Assembly (NCBI GenBank): GCA_049515895.1
Contig: JBEKTQ010000004.1
Coordinates: 83,564-147,563 of the forward strand
DNA from: Candidatus Bathyarchaeia archaeon
GTDB taxonomy: Archaea > Thermoproteota > Bathyarchaeia > Bathyarchaeales > Bathycorpusculaceae
Reading direction: 5' to 3'
DNA length: 64,000 bases
The position numbers and the translations under genes are program-made. The stretch's first letter is position 1. Each line of letters starts with the position of its first letter. The notes under the pieces are model-generated. The model had not been told where the DNA came from. It did no database searches and saw nothing but the letters and a program-made list of their open reading frames with translations. Of this stretch, positions 9,551-18,885 are shown in pieces.

Positions 9551-10150
9551 TCATAAGCGGTAGTCAAGGGTTCCTCTTTTTATCAGAATTGTCATCACTA
9601 CGGCGCTAATAATGTATTCTACTATGAGGAAGCTGCCATTATAGATGGCTGGAAAAATCCATCTTCCGTATGCGGGAAACGCATAAACGTAATACCAAAC
9701 GAATACGCCTGCGAAATAGTGAACGAGGAATCTTAGGAAAACAGCGATGCCAGCGCCGACAAGGGCAAGACGAACGGTTTTGTTGTGAAATAAGCTGGTT
9801 AACATGCCTGTTAGCCCAATTAACCCAAAAGCTACAGGGTACTCGAACACTGCTTGGACGGGAGTGGCAACTACCGCTGAAGCTCCAAGAGAAAGCACAT
9901 CGATTAACAAAGCAATTGCGCCAAATATTGCTCCTGTTATCAATCCCACACGGATACCTCGCCTAATAGACAGCCACATTGTTGGAACCATGCTACCCAG
10001 AGTCACGGCGCCACCATAAGGCAATGAAAATGGTCTAAGAGCATACAACACGGCTGATAGAGCCGAAAAAACAGCAATTTCCGCAAGAATTTTTGTTTGG
10101 AATATAGTATTAGATTTTTCAGTTATGTTATCTGATTTAGGTTGGTTCAA
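9551..10150 (-). CDS. thiT: Energy-coupled thiamine transporter S component ThiT; probable TTG start at 10150
   Basis: PYGGAVTLGSMVP, HYFAGV, YNGS motifs; TPP riboswitch directly upstream; the ORF-track ATG (10171) lies inside the aptamer, and GGAGG precedes TTG 10150. Confidence 0.88.
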   Translation of the reverse strand: MNQPKSDNITEKSNTIFQTKILAEIAVFSALSAVLYALRPFSLPYGGAVTLGSMVPTMWLSIRRGIRVGLITGAIFGAIALLIDVLSLGASAVVATPVQAVFEYPVAFGLIGLTGMLTSLFHNKTVRLALVGAGIAVFLRFLVHYFAGVFVWYYVYAFPAYGRWIFPAIYNGSFLIVEYIISAVVMTILIKRGTLDYRL

Positions 10151-10154
10151 TTTT

Positions 10155-10248
10155 TTTCCCTCCGCCAGCATTACCTGGTTCAGGTTCTAAGGGTCGACAG
10201 CGACTAGCCGTCCTCTCAGCCGGGTCTACTCCCAGCTCCCCGAGAACA
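10155..10248 (-). ncRNA. TPP riboswitch (THI element)
   Basis: Minus strand reads TTCTC-GGGGAGC...GCTGAGA...GACCC-TTAGAACCTGAACCAGGTAATGCTGGCGGAGGGAA. All hallmark segments are present (GGGG, CUGAGA, ACCC, ACCUGA, UAAUGC, GCG.AGGGA); P1 is UUCUC/GGGAA; upstream of thiT. Confidence 0.93.
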
Positions 10249-10341
10249 TCTTAATGGGATAATGTTTTTAGGATATATTTTAGTTTTCCTACCCGGAAAC
10301 TTTAACCCGTTAGAAGCAAAGTGGAATCTGAGGCTTGAAGC

Positions 10342-11091
10342 ATGAGCAGCAAGGCAAAAAAGAGAGTTGGCTTGATTGGGTGCGGAGCAATCGGCACTGT
10401 CCTAGCTGAAGCTATCGAGCGGAAACTCGTTGTATGCGACGAACTGGTTGTCTACGACGTTGACGACTCAAGAGCACAAATGCTCAAGGGCGCCCTCAAG
10501 TTTCCAGTGGTAATAGCAAAAAGCGTGGATGAACTTCTCTCTTTAAAGCCGAAGGTTGTTGTGGAAGCTGCGTCGCAGCAGGCTGCTAAGGAATATGTGC
10601 CGAAAATCGTTTCCTCAGGAGCCGAGGTGATTGTGATGAGCACGGGTGCCCTGCTCGGCCTGGCGGTTGACTTAAGACGGGTTCACGTTCCTTCTGGCGC
10701 CATCGGCGGTTTAGATGCTCTTTCCAGCGCCGCTTTAGCAGGCGTTGACGAGGTTATTTTGACTTCACGAAAAAACCCCAAAGCACTTGGCAAAGATAAT
10801 GCAGTTGAGGCAGTTGTTTACGAGGGCTTTGCGGAGGAAGCGGCGAAGTTATTTCCAAGAGAAATGAATGTTGCTGCCACTTTAGCGTTGACTGTTAATC
10901 CAGCCAAGGTAAAAGTGCTAGTAGTATCAGACCCGGCTGTCAAACGGAACACACATGAAATTCAGGTTAAATGGCGATTCGGCAAGATGTTTCTGCGTTT
11001 TGCAAATGATCCGCATCCAGACAACCCGCATACCAGTGCATTAGCCGCCTGGTCAGCTATCAAACTCCTGCGGACTCTTCTGGAAACCTAA
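10342..11091 (+). CDS. nadX: L-aspartate dehydrogenase (NadX family)
   Basis: GLIGCGAIG, VEAAS, SGAIGGLD, NVAATLAL, NTHEI, NPHTSALAA. Confidence 0.88.
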   Translation: MSSKAKKRVGLIGCGAIGTVLAEAIERKLVVCDELVVYDVDDSRAQMLKGALKFPVVIAKSVDELLSLKPKVVVEAASQQAAKEYVPKIVSSGAEVIVMSTGALLGLAVDLRRVHVPSGAIGGLDALSSAALAGVDEVILTSRKNPKALGKDNAVEAVVYEGFAEEAAKLFPREMNVAATLALTVNPAKVKVLVVSDPAVKRNTHEIQVKWRFGKMFLRFANDPHPDNPHTSALAAWSAIKLLRTLLET

Positions 11092-11186
11092 AAAGCTTTT
11101 CTTCAGTTTACTATTTTTGCTCTTTCAAACTAAGCCACCCAAAATATCTATTTGTCTACTTTTTCGTTGCGGTATTTTTTGCTCGG

Positions 11187-11290
11187 AAAAGTCAACTCAT
11201 GCTATTGACTTTTGTTGACGTTAATTGACGGTGGTTGACGCCTGTTGACTTTCAATGACTTTTATTGACTTTTAATGACTTCTATTGACT
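11187..11290. repeat. Nine WTGAC units at an exact 10-bp period, preceded by one inverted unit
   Basis: 11201-11290: gctaTTGACt tttgTTGACg ttaaTTGACg gtggTTGACg cctgTTGACt ttcaATGACt tttaTTGACt tttaATGACt tctaTTGACt; AAAAGTCAA at 11187-11195 is the inverse of TTGACTTTT at 11205-11213. Confidence 0.9.
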
Positions 11291-11423
11291 TTTTATGGCG
11301 CAACCTGCAAGTGAATCAAGCTTCTCCACAAAAAAGCAACCCAAAAACACAAAGAAAAAAACCGAGAAATCCCTCGCAGCTAATCAATCTTATAAGGTGA
11401 TTCTGACTATGCAGTATTAGGCT

Positions 11424-11828
11424 GTGGTTTGGATGCATATTTCACTTGCGCTTGTCATCGGACTTCTGGTAGCCGTAGGAGCCTTCCTTGTTTATGTTGC
11501 GCTCGTGGGAGTAAGTTTCATTGGACTAGGGGTGTCGGGTGAAGTAGAGCTAGCTACAACACTGTTCGTCGCAGCAGCAATCATAATTCTAATATTCGCC
11601 GCGGGATTCAGAGCCCAGTTTAGACGAGTAAGAACAGGTAGGGAAGCCTTAATCGGCGCTACTGGCACAGTAACAACCACCCTTAATCCCAGAGGTGAGG
11701 TCCGTGTTATGAGTGAGTTCTGGGAAGCCGAGGCTAAAGAAGGAACTATCGCTGCTGGTCAAACGGTGGAAGTCATCGGCATGGATGGCCTGACTCTTGT
11801 GGTTAAACCTTGTGAGCAAAAAGCTTAA
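11424..11828 (+). CDS. NfeD-family short protein (TM plus C-terminal OB fold)
   Basis: TGREALIGATG, GEVRVMSEFWEA, GQTVEVIGMDGLTLVV; adjacent to an SPFH gene. Confidence 0.85.
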   Translation: MVWMHISLALVIGLLVAVGAFLVYVALVGVSFIGLGVSGEVELATTLFVAAAIIILIFAAGFRAQFRRVRTGREALIGATGTVTTTLNPRGEVRVMSEFWEAEAKEGTIAAGQTVEVIGMDGLTLVVKPCEQKA

Positions 11829-11867
11829 CTGCATAGACCACAGAATAGCTTAATTGAGGTTTGAAAG

Positions 11868-12722
11868 ATGGATCCACTTTTAATCGGCCTTATCGGCTTC
11901 ATAGTTTTCATCATAGTAGTCTTCCTGCTAAGCGGAATCAGAGTGCTAAGAGAATGGGAAAGAATGCCGGTTCTGCGTCTAGGACGCTACATCGGCATGA
12001 AAGGCCCAGGAATCATCTACCTTGTCCCAATAATCGACAGAGCACCCCTAAAAATATCCACCAGGCTGGACACTATACAGTTCCGAACAGAATCAACCCT
12101 AACCAAAGACAACGTCCCAGTAAACGTAGACTCAGTGCTCTACATGAAACCAGTAGACCTGGAAAAAGCGGTGTTACAAGTAGAAAACTACTACCAAGCA
12201 ACGCAGCTCGCCTCACAAACAACTCTGAGGGAAGTCATCGGAAAACAAAGCCTTAACGAGCTACTCGCGGAACGAGAAAAAGTCGGCGCAACCCTTCGGG
12301 AAATCATAGATGAAAAAACGGAAAATTGGGGCATCAAAGTTACTGCGGTTGAAGTCCGTGACGTCATAATACCCGGTAACCTGCAAGATGCAATGTCACG
12401 TCAAGCACAAGCAGAACGGGAACGCATCGCACGCGTAACCTTAGCGACAGCCGAGTTTGAAGCGTCACAAAAAATGATTGAAGCAGCAAAAGCGTACGAG
12501 GCAAGCCCAGACGGACTAAGACTTCGGTGGATGAACATCCTCTACGAATTAGGCCAACAATCGCAAACAAACACAATCATGCTAATTCCCTCGGTGATGC
12601 CTGAAGCAGGCTGGCCTCCAGTTGGAACATACGGATTCAAAGACCTGACTGCTGCACAACAGGAAATGGCAAAGAAAAAACCAGCGATGAGATCGCAACA
12701 GATGCCTTCTGAACAGCCGTAA
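11868..12722 (+). CDS. SPFH/stomatin (slipin) family protein
   Basis: LRLGRY, GPGI, TKDNVPVNVD, QTTLREVIG, WGIKVTAVEVRDV, QAQAERERIA. Confidence 0.92.
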   Translation: MDPLLIGLIGFIVFIIVVFLLSGIRVLREWERMPVLRLGRYIGMKGPGIIYLVPIIDRAPLKISTRLDTIQFRTESTLTKDNVPVNVDSVLYMKPVDLEKAVLQVENYYQATQLASQTTLREVIGKQSLNELLAEREKVGATLREIIDEKTENWGIKVTAVEVRDVIIPGNLQDAMSRQAQAERERIARVTLATAEFEASQKMIEAAKAYEASPDGLRLRWMNILYELGQQSQTNTIMLIPSVMPEAGWPPVGTYGFKDLTAAQQEMAKKKPAMRSQQMPSEQP

Positions 12723-12728
12723 CACTAA

Positions 12729-13754
12729 TTATTGAGCGGCTTTTACTGCCTCAACCGTGCGTTTGAGTAACAGCGCCGCTGCTTCTTGGCTAGGCCAGCC
12801 TCCTAAGCCGCAGTCAGGACCAGTAAAAGTCATTCGCTCGCCATATTTTTCTTTGGCAACCTTGTACCTTTTCTTTATTGTTTCTTCAGGCTCCGCCATC
12901 TGGTTGGCTAAAGGTTTCTCTATGCCTTTCTCGTAAAGCTCTGCCAAAATGCCGTCGATGTCTGTTCTTGCGATGCCTACCCTAATCTGCTTGTCGGCAC
13001 CTTCAAGCATGCTTTTAGGGACAGATTCGATGTTTTTCGGTGAGGCGGCGTATTCAAAAGAGAGGACATCAAGGTTTTTTACCCGTAGCAAGTCGTGCAC
13101 TCCCGCCGCTGAATGCAGGTGAATCTGCCGAGTTGCACCTGTGAAATCAAAGGCTTTCTCGAGCACCCCGCAAACGACGTCCGATGAAGCTTGGATATTG
13201 TTAAAGCCGAAGCTTGGCTCATCAATCGAAACCACCTTGGTCTCGATGTACTTGCCGTTTAGGACGCTGTTTTTCGCGAATCGCTGAATTGTCCCTGACA
13301 ACCCATCCAAAACGTCTTGGTAGGGCGTGTTTCCGACCTCATGTAAGTATTGCTCGAGCGGACCAAAAATTGAAACTCTAAGCTGGATCTTTCTTCCGAA
13401 TTCTTCACTAAGTGCCTTGGCTTCCTGATTAATTAGGTACACTTCAGGCAAAACCGCCGTTTTCTCGTCCACAAGAAAGGACCCTTTCTCCATAGCCTGA
13501 TGCAATACGTCTCCAACCTGCCTTAATCCATCGTACTGCTGAGGAAAATTCGCCACGTCCAAACCTGATGCGAGCTTCAGCTTAAAAGAATCAAGCACCA
13601 CAGTGCAAAAGTTCTTCTCTAAGAAGGCGTCCGTTCTCAGGTTTTCACCATTGATTGCCGCTGTTCTTGCCAGCTTATAGGCAACGCTGAAAGTCTCCTT
13701 ATTCACGTTGGGAGCTAGAGGGAAACTTCCGACATCATCCACTAAAGTATCCAT
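12729..13754 (-). CDS. Cobalamin-independent methionine synthase catalytic-domain-like protein
   Basis: DVGSFP, SIDEPS, IHLH, FEYA, GPDCGL. Confidence 0.75.
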   Translation of the reverse strand: MDTLVDDVGSFPLAPNVNKETFSVAYKLARTAAINGENLRTDAFLEKNFCTVVLDSFKLKLASGLDVANFPQQYDGLRQVGDVLHQAMEKGSFLVDEKTAVLPEVYLINQEAKALSEEFGRKIQLRVSIFGPLEQYLHEVGNTPYQDVLDGLSGTIQRFAKNSVLNGKYIETKVVSIDEPSFGFNNIQASSDVVCGVLEKAFDFTGATRQIHLHSAAGVHDLLRVKNLDVLSFEYAASPKNIESVPKSMLEGADKQIRVGIARTDIDGILAELYEKGIEKPLANQMAEPEETIKKRYKVAKEKYGERMTFTGPDCGLGGWPSQEAAALLLKRTVEAVKAAQ

Positions 13755-13822
13755 AAAGAAATAAGTCGATAGAAATTCTATTAAAGCTAACCCTACCTTT
13801 AGACCGCTGAGTGGTGTGGTTC

Positions 13823-14227
13823 ATGTCTGAATCCTCTTGCATATTTTGCCAAATAAATCGCAAAGAAGCACCTGCAAGCATAGTCTACGAGGATGAGCAG
13901 GTGGCCGCTTTCTTGAGCAACCGCCCAGTGAACGAAGGACACACCCTTGTTGTTCCCAAGAAGCATTACGTCAACATTTTCGAAATCTCTGAGGACGAAG
14001 CAGCTTATCTGTTTAGGGTAGCCAAGAGGGTTGCTCAAGCCGTAAGCGAGGCATTGGGCGTCGAAGCTATAAGGATAGTACAGAACAACGGGAAAGATGC
14101 TGGGCAGGTCATATTTCACCTGCATGTTCATGTTATCCCGATGAAGCCACAAAACCATTTCAAACGCGAAATCGAGCACTGGGCTCCTGAGCTGTTGGAA
14201 AAAGTCGCAAGAAAAGATCAGGGCTAA
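13823..14227 (+). CDS. HIT family hydrolase
   Basis: CIFC, GHTLVVPKKH, AGQVIFHLHVHVIP. Confidence 0.93.
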   Translation: MSESSCIFCQINRKEAPASIVYEDEQVAAFLSNRPVNEGHTLVVPKKHYVNIFEISEDEAAYLFRVAKRVAQAVSEALGVEAIRIVQNNGKDAGQVIFHLHVHVIPMKPQNHFKREIEHWAPELLEKVARKDQG

Positions 14228-14341
14228 ATTAGCTGACCCAAGATAAACGTTTCAACAACAGGCGACAAAAAGTGCGTTTTTCCCATGGCATAAATATAAA
14301 AGAGGGAAAAACAACATTGCTCATCGTTAAAGCTGAATAAC

Positions 14342-14680
14342 ATGACTGAAGAATCAAACGATTCGAACACCAATGAACCCCAGATAGAGAAACTTTTAAT
14401 CGATGACCCTTCAAGCTTCCAGTTCCACGCCGCATACCTCGTCTACTCCGAAGCCTTCGACCATGCCGGCGAGGACGCAAAAAAAGAACTAAACCAGAAC
14501 CTTGAAAACTTAAAATCGAACAAAATAGACCTCGAAACATTCTACGTTAACATTTCACGTTACCGCAAAGTGGAGCAGATGCCGAGGCAAGGCGGAAAAT
14601 TCACTGTTGCTACCCAGAGGAAGAAAGATTGGCGCAAGAAAACGCAGCGGCAGGAAAGAATCAAAAGGCACAAGAAATAA
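14342..14680 (+). CDS. Hypothetical protein with basic C-terminus
   Basis: 112-aa ORF with plausible composition and upstream TATA-like ATAAATATAA. Confidence 0.7.
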   Translation: MTEESNDSNTNEPQIEKLLIDDPSSFQFHAAYLVYSEAFDHAGEDAKKELNQNLENLKSNKIDLETFYVNISRYRKVEQMPRQGGKFTVATQRKKDWRKKTQRQERIKRHKK

Positions 14681-14736
14681 CAAGATCTTAAGTATATTAG
14701 GTTAATTTTCTTGGAACATACAAGCCTTAACTTGTA

Positions 14737-15057
14737 TTGAACAAAAACTTTGCAGGATTGACTTTGATGACGGAGAAAAAAATAAAGTTAACTGCAAACG
14801 TAAGCAGCGCCAACCCATCAGCCATAAAACCTATTCTAGAACGAATAGTTGGCGGCAGTGGCAGCATAAAACCAACAAGCGATGGGTTCGACATAAACGC
14901 CGAATTCAAAGGCGAAAGCGCCAAAGTCTTCAATCGTATGCTGCTTTCGGAGTTGCGCAGGGCAGAGAAGAAAACGAGGCTTCGTTCGGAATGGATTTCA
15001 GAAGGAACAATTGAAAAGTATTTTGATTACGTGCTTAAGCAAACAAGAAAAGCTTAA
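14737..15057 (+). CDS. Hypothetical protein (start may be 14767)
   Basis: Plausible globular ORF: NRMLLSELRRAEKKTRLRSEW...FDYVLK. Confidence 0.7.
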   Translation: MNKNFAGLTLMTEKKIKLTANVSSANPSAIKPILERIVGGSGSIKPTSDGFDINAEFKGESAKVFNRMLLSELRRAEKKTRLRSEWISEGTIEKYFDYVLKQTRKA

Positions 15058-16385
15058 GTTGTCATTTTTTGCTGCTGGATTCTTCGGCGTATAATGTAGA
15101 AAGCTGCCCCGCTGGCCAGAATCACGAGACCCACTGCAATGTACTCTGGAGATAGAGCAAGCGCTAGTCCGAGGCACCCTGCAAGACCAGCTATGGCAAG
15201 AGCACGTGGAAAAGTTCTTTGGGCGCGTGGTAGTTTAAGTGCTGACACGTTGGTTATAGCGTAATAGAGTAGAGTGCCGAAGCTGGATACCGCCACCGAC
15301 AGTACTAAAGGAGCAAAAGCTGCAACAACCAGCGTGATAGCACCAACGAAGATTACGCTTCTCCACGGGTTTTTCCCCGCGCCAACCTTCGCTAAACCAG
15401 CCGGCAAGTCATGTTCCCTTCCCATGGCGAATGCAACGCGGGAAACGCCTAAGAGGTCAGAGAGTCCCTCGTTTAAGGTTGTAAGCAAGGCGCCCCCAGC
15501 GACCAAACCTACACCTAAAGCGCTTCCAACAGCGATCATCATCGCTTCCAAAGGTGAAGGTGAACTTGCCACTCCCGAGGCTCCCAAAACAGCGATTGCC
15601 GTTCCAACCACGAACAAGTAAAGGAAGGTGACGCCTCCAAGTGCTATCAAAGAGGCTCGAGGGATGGTTCGTTTCGGATTTTTCACTTCCTCAACCAGCG
15701 TTGCGATTCGGCTATATCCAGTGTAGGCAAAGAAAAGCAAACCCGTGGCACGTAGAACCCCAATAACTCCGCCAGGGGCAAACGGCAAAAGATTTCCTAA
15801 GTGAGCTGATGGGATACCGATCACGATGACAGTTAGTAGGGAAGCGATGGATAAAATGACAATAACACCTGTGATGCGTACGGACCTATGAATCCCAGTT
15901 GCGTCGAGAATGACCATAACCGCTGCGGCGCCGATTGCTGCTCCGTGAAATGGAATGACGGGCCAAACTGCATGAAGGTAGCTGCCGAATGCTAGTGCGC
16001 TTACGCCTGGTCCAACAGTGTTCGCTAAAAGGAACATCCAGCCTGCGATGAAACCCCACCAGTTGCCAAGCATGCGTCTTCCAAACTCGTAGGTGCCACC
16101 TGAACGGGGGAAAACAGCCGCCAACTGAATGGAAGAGGACACATTACAAAATGCAACGAATGCGGCGATGCCGAAAGAAACAAGGATTGCGGGACCAGCC
16201 AGTCCTGTTGCAGGGGCTATAACTGTGAATATGCCTGCACCGAGAATCGCTGCGAGACCAGTAACTACGGCATCAAACAACGTAAGCTGTGGTTTAAGTG
16301 TGGCGCCTTGCGGTTTACCCAAAAGAAACCTGACCAATAAACTATTGGGAAGACAAGAAATTAACCATTTGGTTTCAGCCAACAT
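15054..16385 (-). CDS. APC-family amino acid/polyamine permease
   Basis: LGAGIF, AGPA, PRSGGTYEF, FFAYTGY, EEVKNPKRTIPRA; ~12 TM. Confidence 0.92.
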   Translation of the reverse strand: MLAETKWLISCLPNSLLVRFLLGKPQGATLKPQLTLFDAVVTGLAAILGAGIFTVIAPATGLAGPAILVSFGIAAFVAFCNVSSSIQLAAVFPRSGGTYEFGRRMLGNWWGFIAGWMFLLANTVGPGVSALAFGSYLHAVWPVIPFHGAAIGAAAVMVILDATGIHRSVRITGVIVILSIASLLTVIVIGIPSAHLGNLLPFAPGGVIGVLRATGLLFFAYTGYSRIATLVEEVKNPKRTIPRASLIALGGVTFLYLFVVGTAIAVLGASGVASSPSPLEAMMIAVGSALGVGLVAGGALLTTLNEGLSDLLGVSRVAFAMGREHDLPAGLAKVGAGKNPWRSVIFVGAITLVVAAFAPLVLSVAVSSFGTLLYYAITNVSALKLPRAQRTFPRALAIAGLAGCLGLALALSPEYIAVGLVILASGAAFYIIRRRIQQQKMTT

Positions 16386-16432
16386 GGATTCGTCACGAAG
16401 GCTTTTAAAGCTAAACAGCTTGATTCTGGTTT

Positions 16433-17788
16433 ATGGATGACATGCGGGTACGCATATCAACTTTGAGTTTTGCGATTATTCTGTTATTGATCCTTGTTAT
16501 TCCAAACAGCCATAATGTCGTGTTTGCAGCCGCACCCAGCCAAATTGCCTATGGCGCAAATTTAGCACAGATGCGTCCTCCAATCGATGATTTCGCATTC
16601 GCTTTTGACCCTAGCATTCCACCGCAGTATAGCGTTAACTGGCTCAGAGAGGCAGCGTTTGTGGACCCAGTTCACTCGGCGAATTTCACGCGGTTGTTTA
16701 ATCAGTACGAAGGATATGGGTACAATTGGGAGCTTAGGCTTGACATTTTAGCTGTAACCGATCTCTATGGAACAAACTGGACCCTGCCACAGTGGGACAC
16801 CTACGTTACTACGGTAGTTAACGATTTCCCGAACGTTCATGTTTGGGAGGTCGGAAATGAAGTCTTAAGCGGACAAACTCAGTACAACTCGGGTTACCTT
16901 GCTAGCGGAAGTCTTTCGCTTGCTTACTTCAACATTCTGAAGGATGCCTACGGAATTGTCAAGCAGCACAATCCTTCAGACACTGTCATAGCTCTTGGGG
17001 GCCAAGACATTTTTGTCCCGGGTAACTTAGCGCTCTACAATTCAGGAAGCTTCCAAGATGCTTCTTACCAGCTTGCAGCGCAAGTTTGGGCAGACGGAGG
17101 CGCAAACTATTGCGACGCCATTTCACTTCATATCTACGGAGACAACACAGGCGGAGCATGGTTACCAAACGAAACCGTCACCTACAACGGCGTAACCTCG
17201 AAAAACACGCTTCAACAAATATGGAACGGATACATCAACGAGTACGAACAATTAACGGGCAAGCCAATCTGGTTCACAGAAACCGGAGAACCCATCGACA
17301 GTCCGCCTAACGACTCGATACCACCTATAATCGGCAATTCACTGGAGAAACAGGCCGCGTTCCTAACCCAAACCTTCACCTTCCTTTCAAGTTTCTCATT
17401 CACCCGAGCAATCTTCTGGTTCAAACTCGTCGGTCTCTCAGAATACTACACCAGTAATGGTGTTTTCCTTTTCACTTTGGATGATGGATTATTCAACCAA
17501 GATGGAACCGCAAGACCTGTTACCGTGGCTTTTCAAAGTTTCTCGCAACCAACACCAATCTCCTCGCCAACTCCAACCGCGCCGCCGAGCACCTCTCCGT
17601 CTCCAACTTCCAACACGCCTACCACGACACCCTCCCTGCCAACGTATGCGTCCTCCACAAGTTCGCCCACACCAACCAGCACAATCCCCGAGTTCCAAAC
17701 TCTTCTTTTATCAATCGCTTTGGTCGTTTCAGTGACATTGCTCCTTTTCTTTAAACTCACGAGGAAAGTCAAAAGCGGCTGTCATTGA
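16433..17788 (+). CDS. Secreted clan GH-A glycoside hydrolase with Ser/Thr/Pro linker and PEF-CTERM-type anchor
   Basis: Signal peptide; WEVGNE (acid/base), DAISLHIY, KPIWFTETG (nucleophile); TIPEF + TM + basic tail. Confidence 0.8.
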   Translation: MDDMRVRISTLSFAIILLLILVIPNSHNVVFAAAPSQIAYGANLAQMRPPIDDFAFAFDPSIPPQYSVNWLREAAFVDPVHSANFTRLFNQYEGYGYNWELRLDILAVTDLYGTNWTLPQWDTYVTTVVNDFPNVHVWEVGNEVLSGQTQYNSGYLASGSLSLAYFNILKDAYGIVKQHNPSDTVIALGGQDIFVPGNLALYNSGSFQDASYQLAAQVWADGGANYCDAISLHIYGDNTGGAWLPNETVTYNGVTSKNTLQQIWNGYINEYEQLTGKPIWFTETGEPIDSPPNDSIPPIIGNSLEKQAAFLTQTFTFLSSFSFTRAIFWFKLVGLSEYYTSNGVFLFTLDDGLFNQDGTARPVTVAFQSFSQPTPISSPTPTAPPSTSPSPTSNTPTTTPSLPTYASSTSSPTPTSTIPEFQTLLLSIALVVSVTLLLFFKLTRKVKSGCH

Positions 17789-17994
17789 ACCACTAAACCC
17801 AGACTTCCCACTCATGAACTAATGGCTCAACATTTTTACGGTATGGTATTACAGATCCTCCTCTAAATCGGCCTAAGAAAACTTCTGTTCTTCGATAAAA
17901 TAAAAGAAAAATTTGAAATGAAAAGTTTTCATAGGCTTTGCTTCAGAAAAGTTATTACCTTCAAAACTCACATATTTGCGATTAAGGAAAAAGG

Positions 17995-18885
17995 ATGGTT
18001 AAAGCTTCGAGCGCCTCTAAGCCACAGGATGCAAAAATAGTCAAGGTTGGGCTAATTCAAACTGCTCTCTCAAGCGACATAGCCGATAACATGAGAAGGA
18101 CCGTTGAAAAAGTTGAGGAAGCATCAAGGAAGGGCGCTCAAATCATCTGCCTGCCAGAACTTTACAGAACAAAGTATTTTCCACAAGATGAAAAACTAGA
18201 CGTCAGTTACCTTGCTGAAACAGTTCCCGGAGAAACCACGAAGACTTTCTCCGCGCTCGCAAAGAAGAACAGCGCGGTTATTATTGCGGCTATTTTTGAG
18301 AAGGCTTCAAACGGGAAACACTACAATTCAGCCGTCGTAATTGATGCAGACGGGAAAACCTTAGGCGTCTACCGCAAAATACATGTGCCGTTTGACCCCC
18401 TGTTTTACGAAAAAAACTTTTTTGAAGCAGGTGACACAGGCTACCCTGTTTTCGAAACACGTTACGCCCGCTTAGGAGTTTTGATTTGTTATGATCAATG
18501 GTTTCCTGAGCCTGCAAGAATCAACGCCTTGAAAGGTGCAGAAATCCTCTTCTACCCCACAGCCATTGGCTACATTAAAGGAGAGGGCTCATCTGGCGGA
18601 GACTGGCACGACGCTTGGAAGACAGTGCAACGCGGGCACGCCATCTCGAACGGGATCCATGTTGCCGCAGCAAATCGGGTAGGTGCGGAGGGGCAACTCG
18701 AGTTTTGGGGCGGTTCGTTTGTATGTGACTCCTTCGGCATAATGCTTAAAGAAGCAAGCAGCGTGGCAGAGGAAACCTTGGTTGTTGAGGTGGATCTTGC
18801 AAAAAACAAGCGGATTCAGGAGGGGTGGGGTTTCCTTCGAAATAGGCGACCTGAAACTTACGGAGAGCTTGTGGGGGACACCTGA
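17995..18885 (+). CDS. aguB: N-carbamoylputrescine amidase (carbon-nitrogen hydrolase)
   Basis: LPEL, YRKIH, ICYDQWFPE, YPTAIG; adjacent to agmatine deiminase. Confidence 0.88.
   Translation: MVKASSASKPQDAKIVKVGLIQTALSSDIADNMRRTVEKVEEASRKGAQIICLPELYRTKYFPQDEKLDVSYLAETVPGETTKTFSALAKKNSAVIIAAIFEKASNGKHYNSAVVIDADGKTLGVYRKIHVPFDPLFYEKNFFEAGDTGYPVFETRYARLGVLICYDQWFPEPARINALKGAEILFYPTAIGYIKGEGSSGGDWHDAWKTVQRGHAISNGIHVAAANRVGAEGQLEFWGGSFVCDSFGIMLKEASSVAEETLVVEVDLAKNKRIQEGWGFLRNRRPETYGELVGDT

Noticed and set aside
11201-11290. CRISPR array
   Set aside because: Units are 10 bp with 5-bp cores; no 25-45-bp repeats or spacers, and no cas genes
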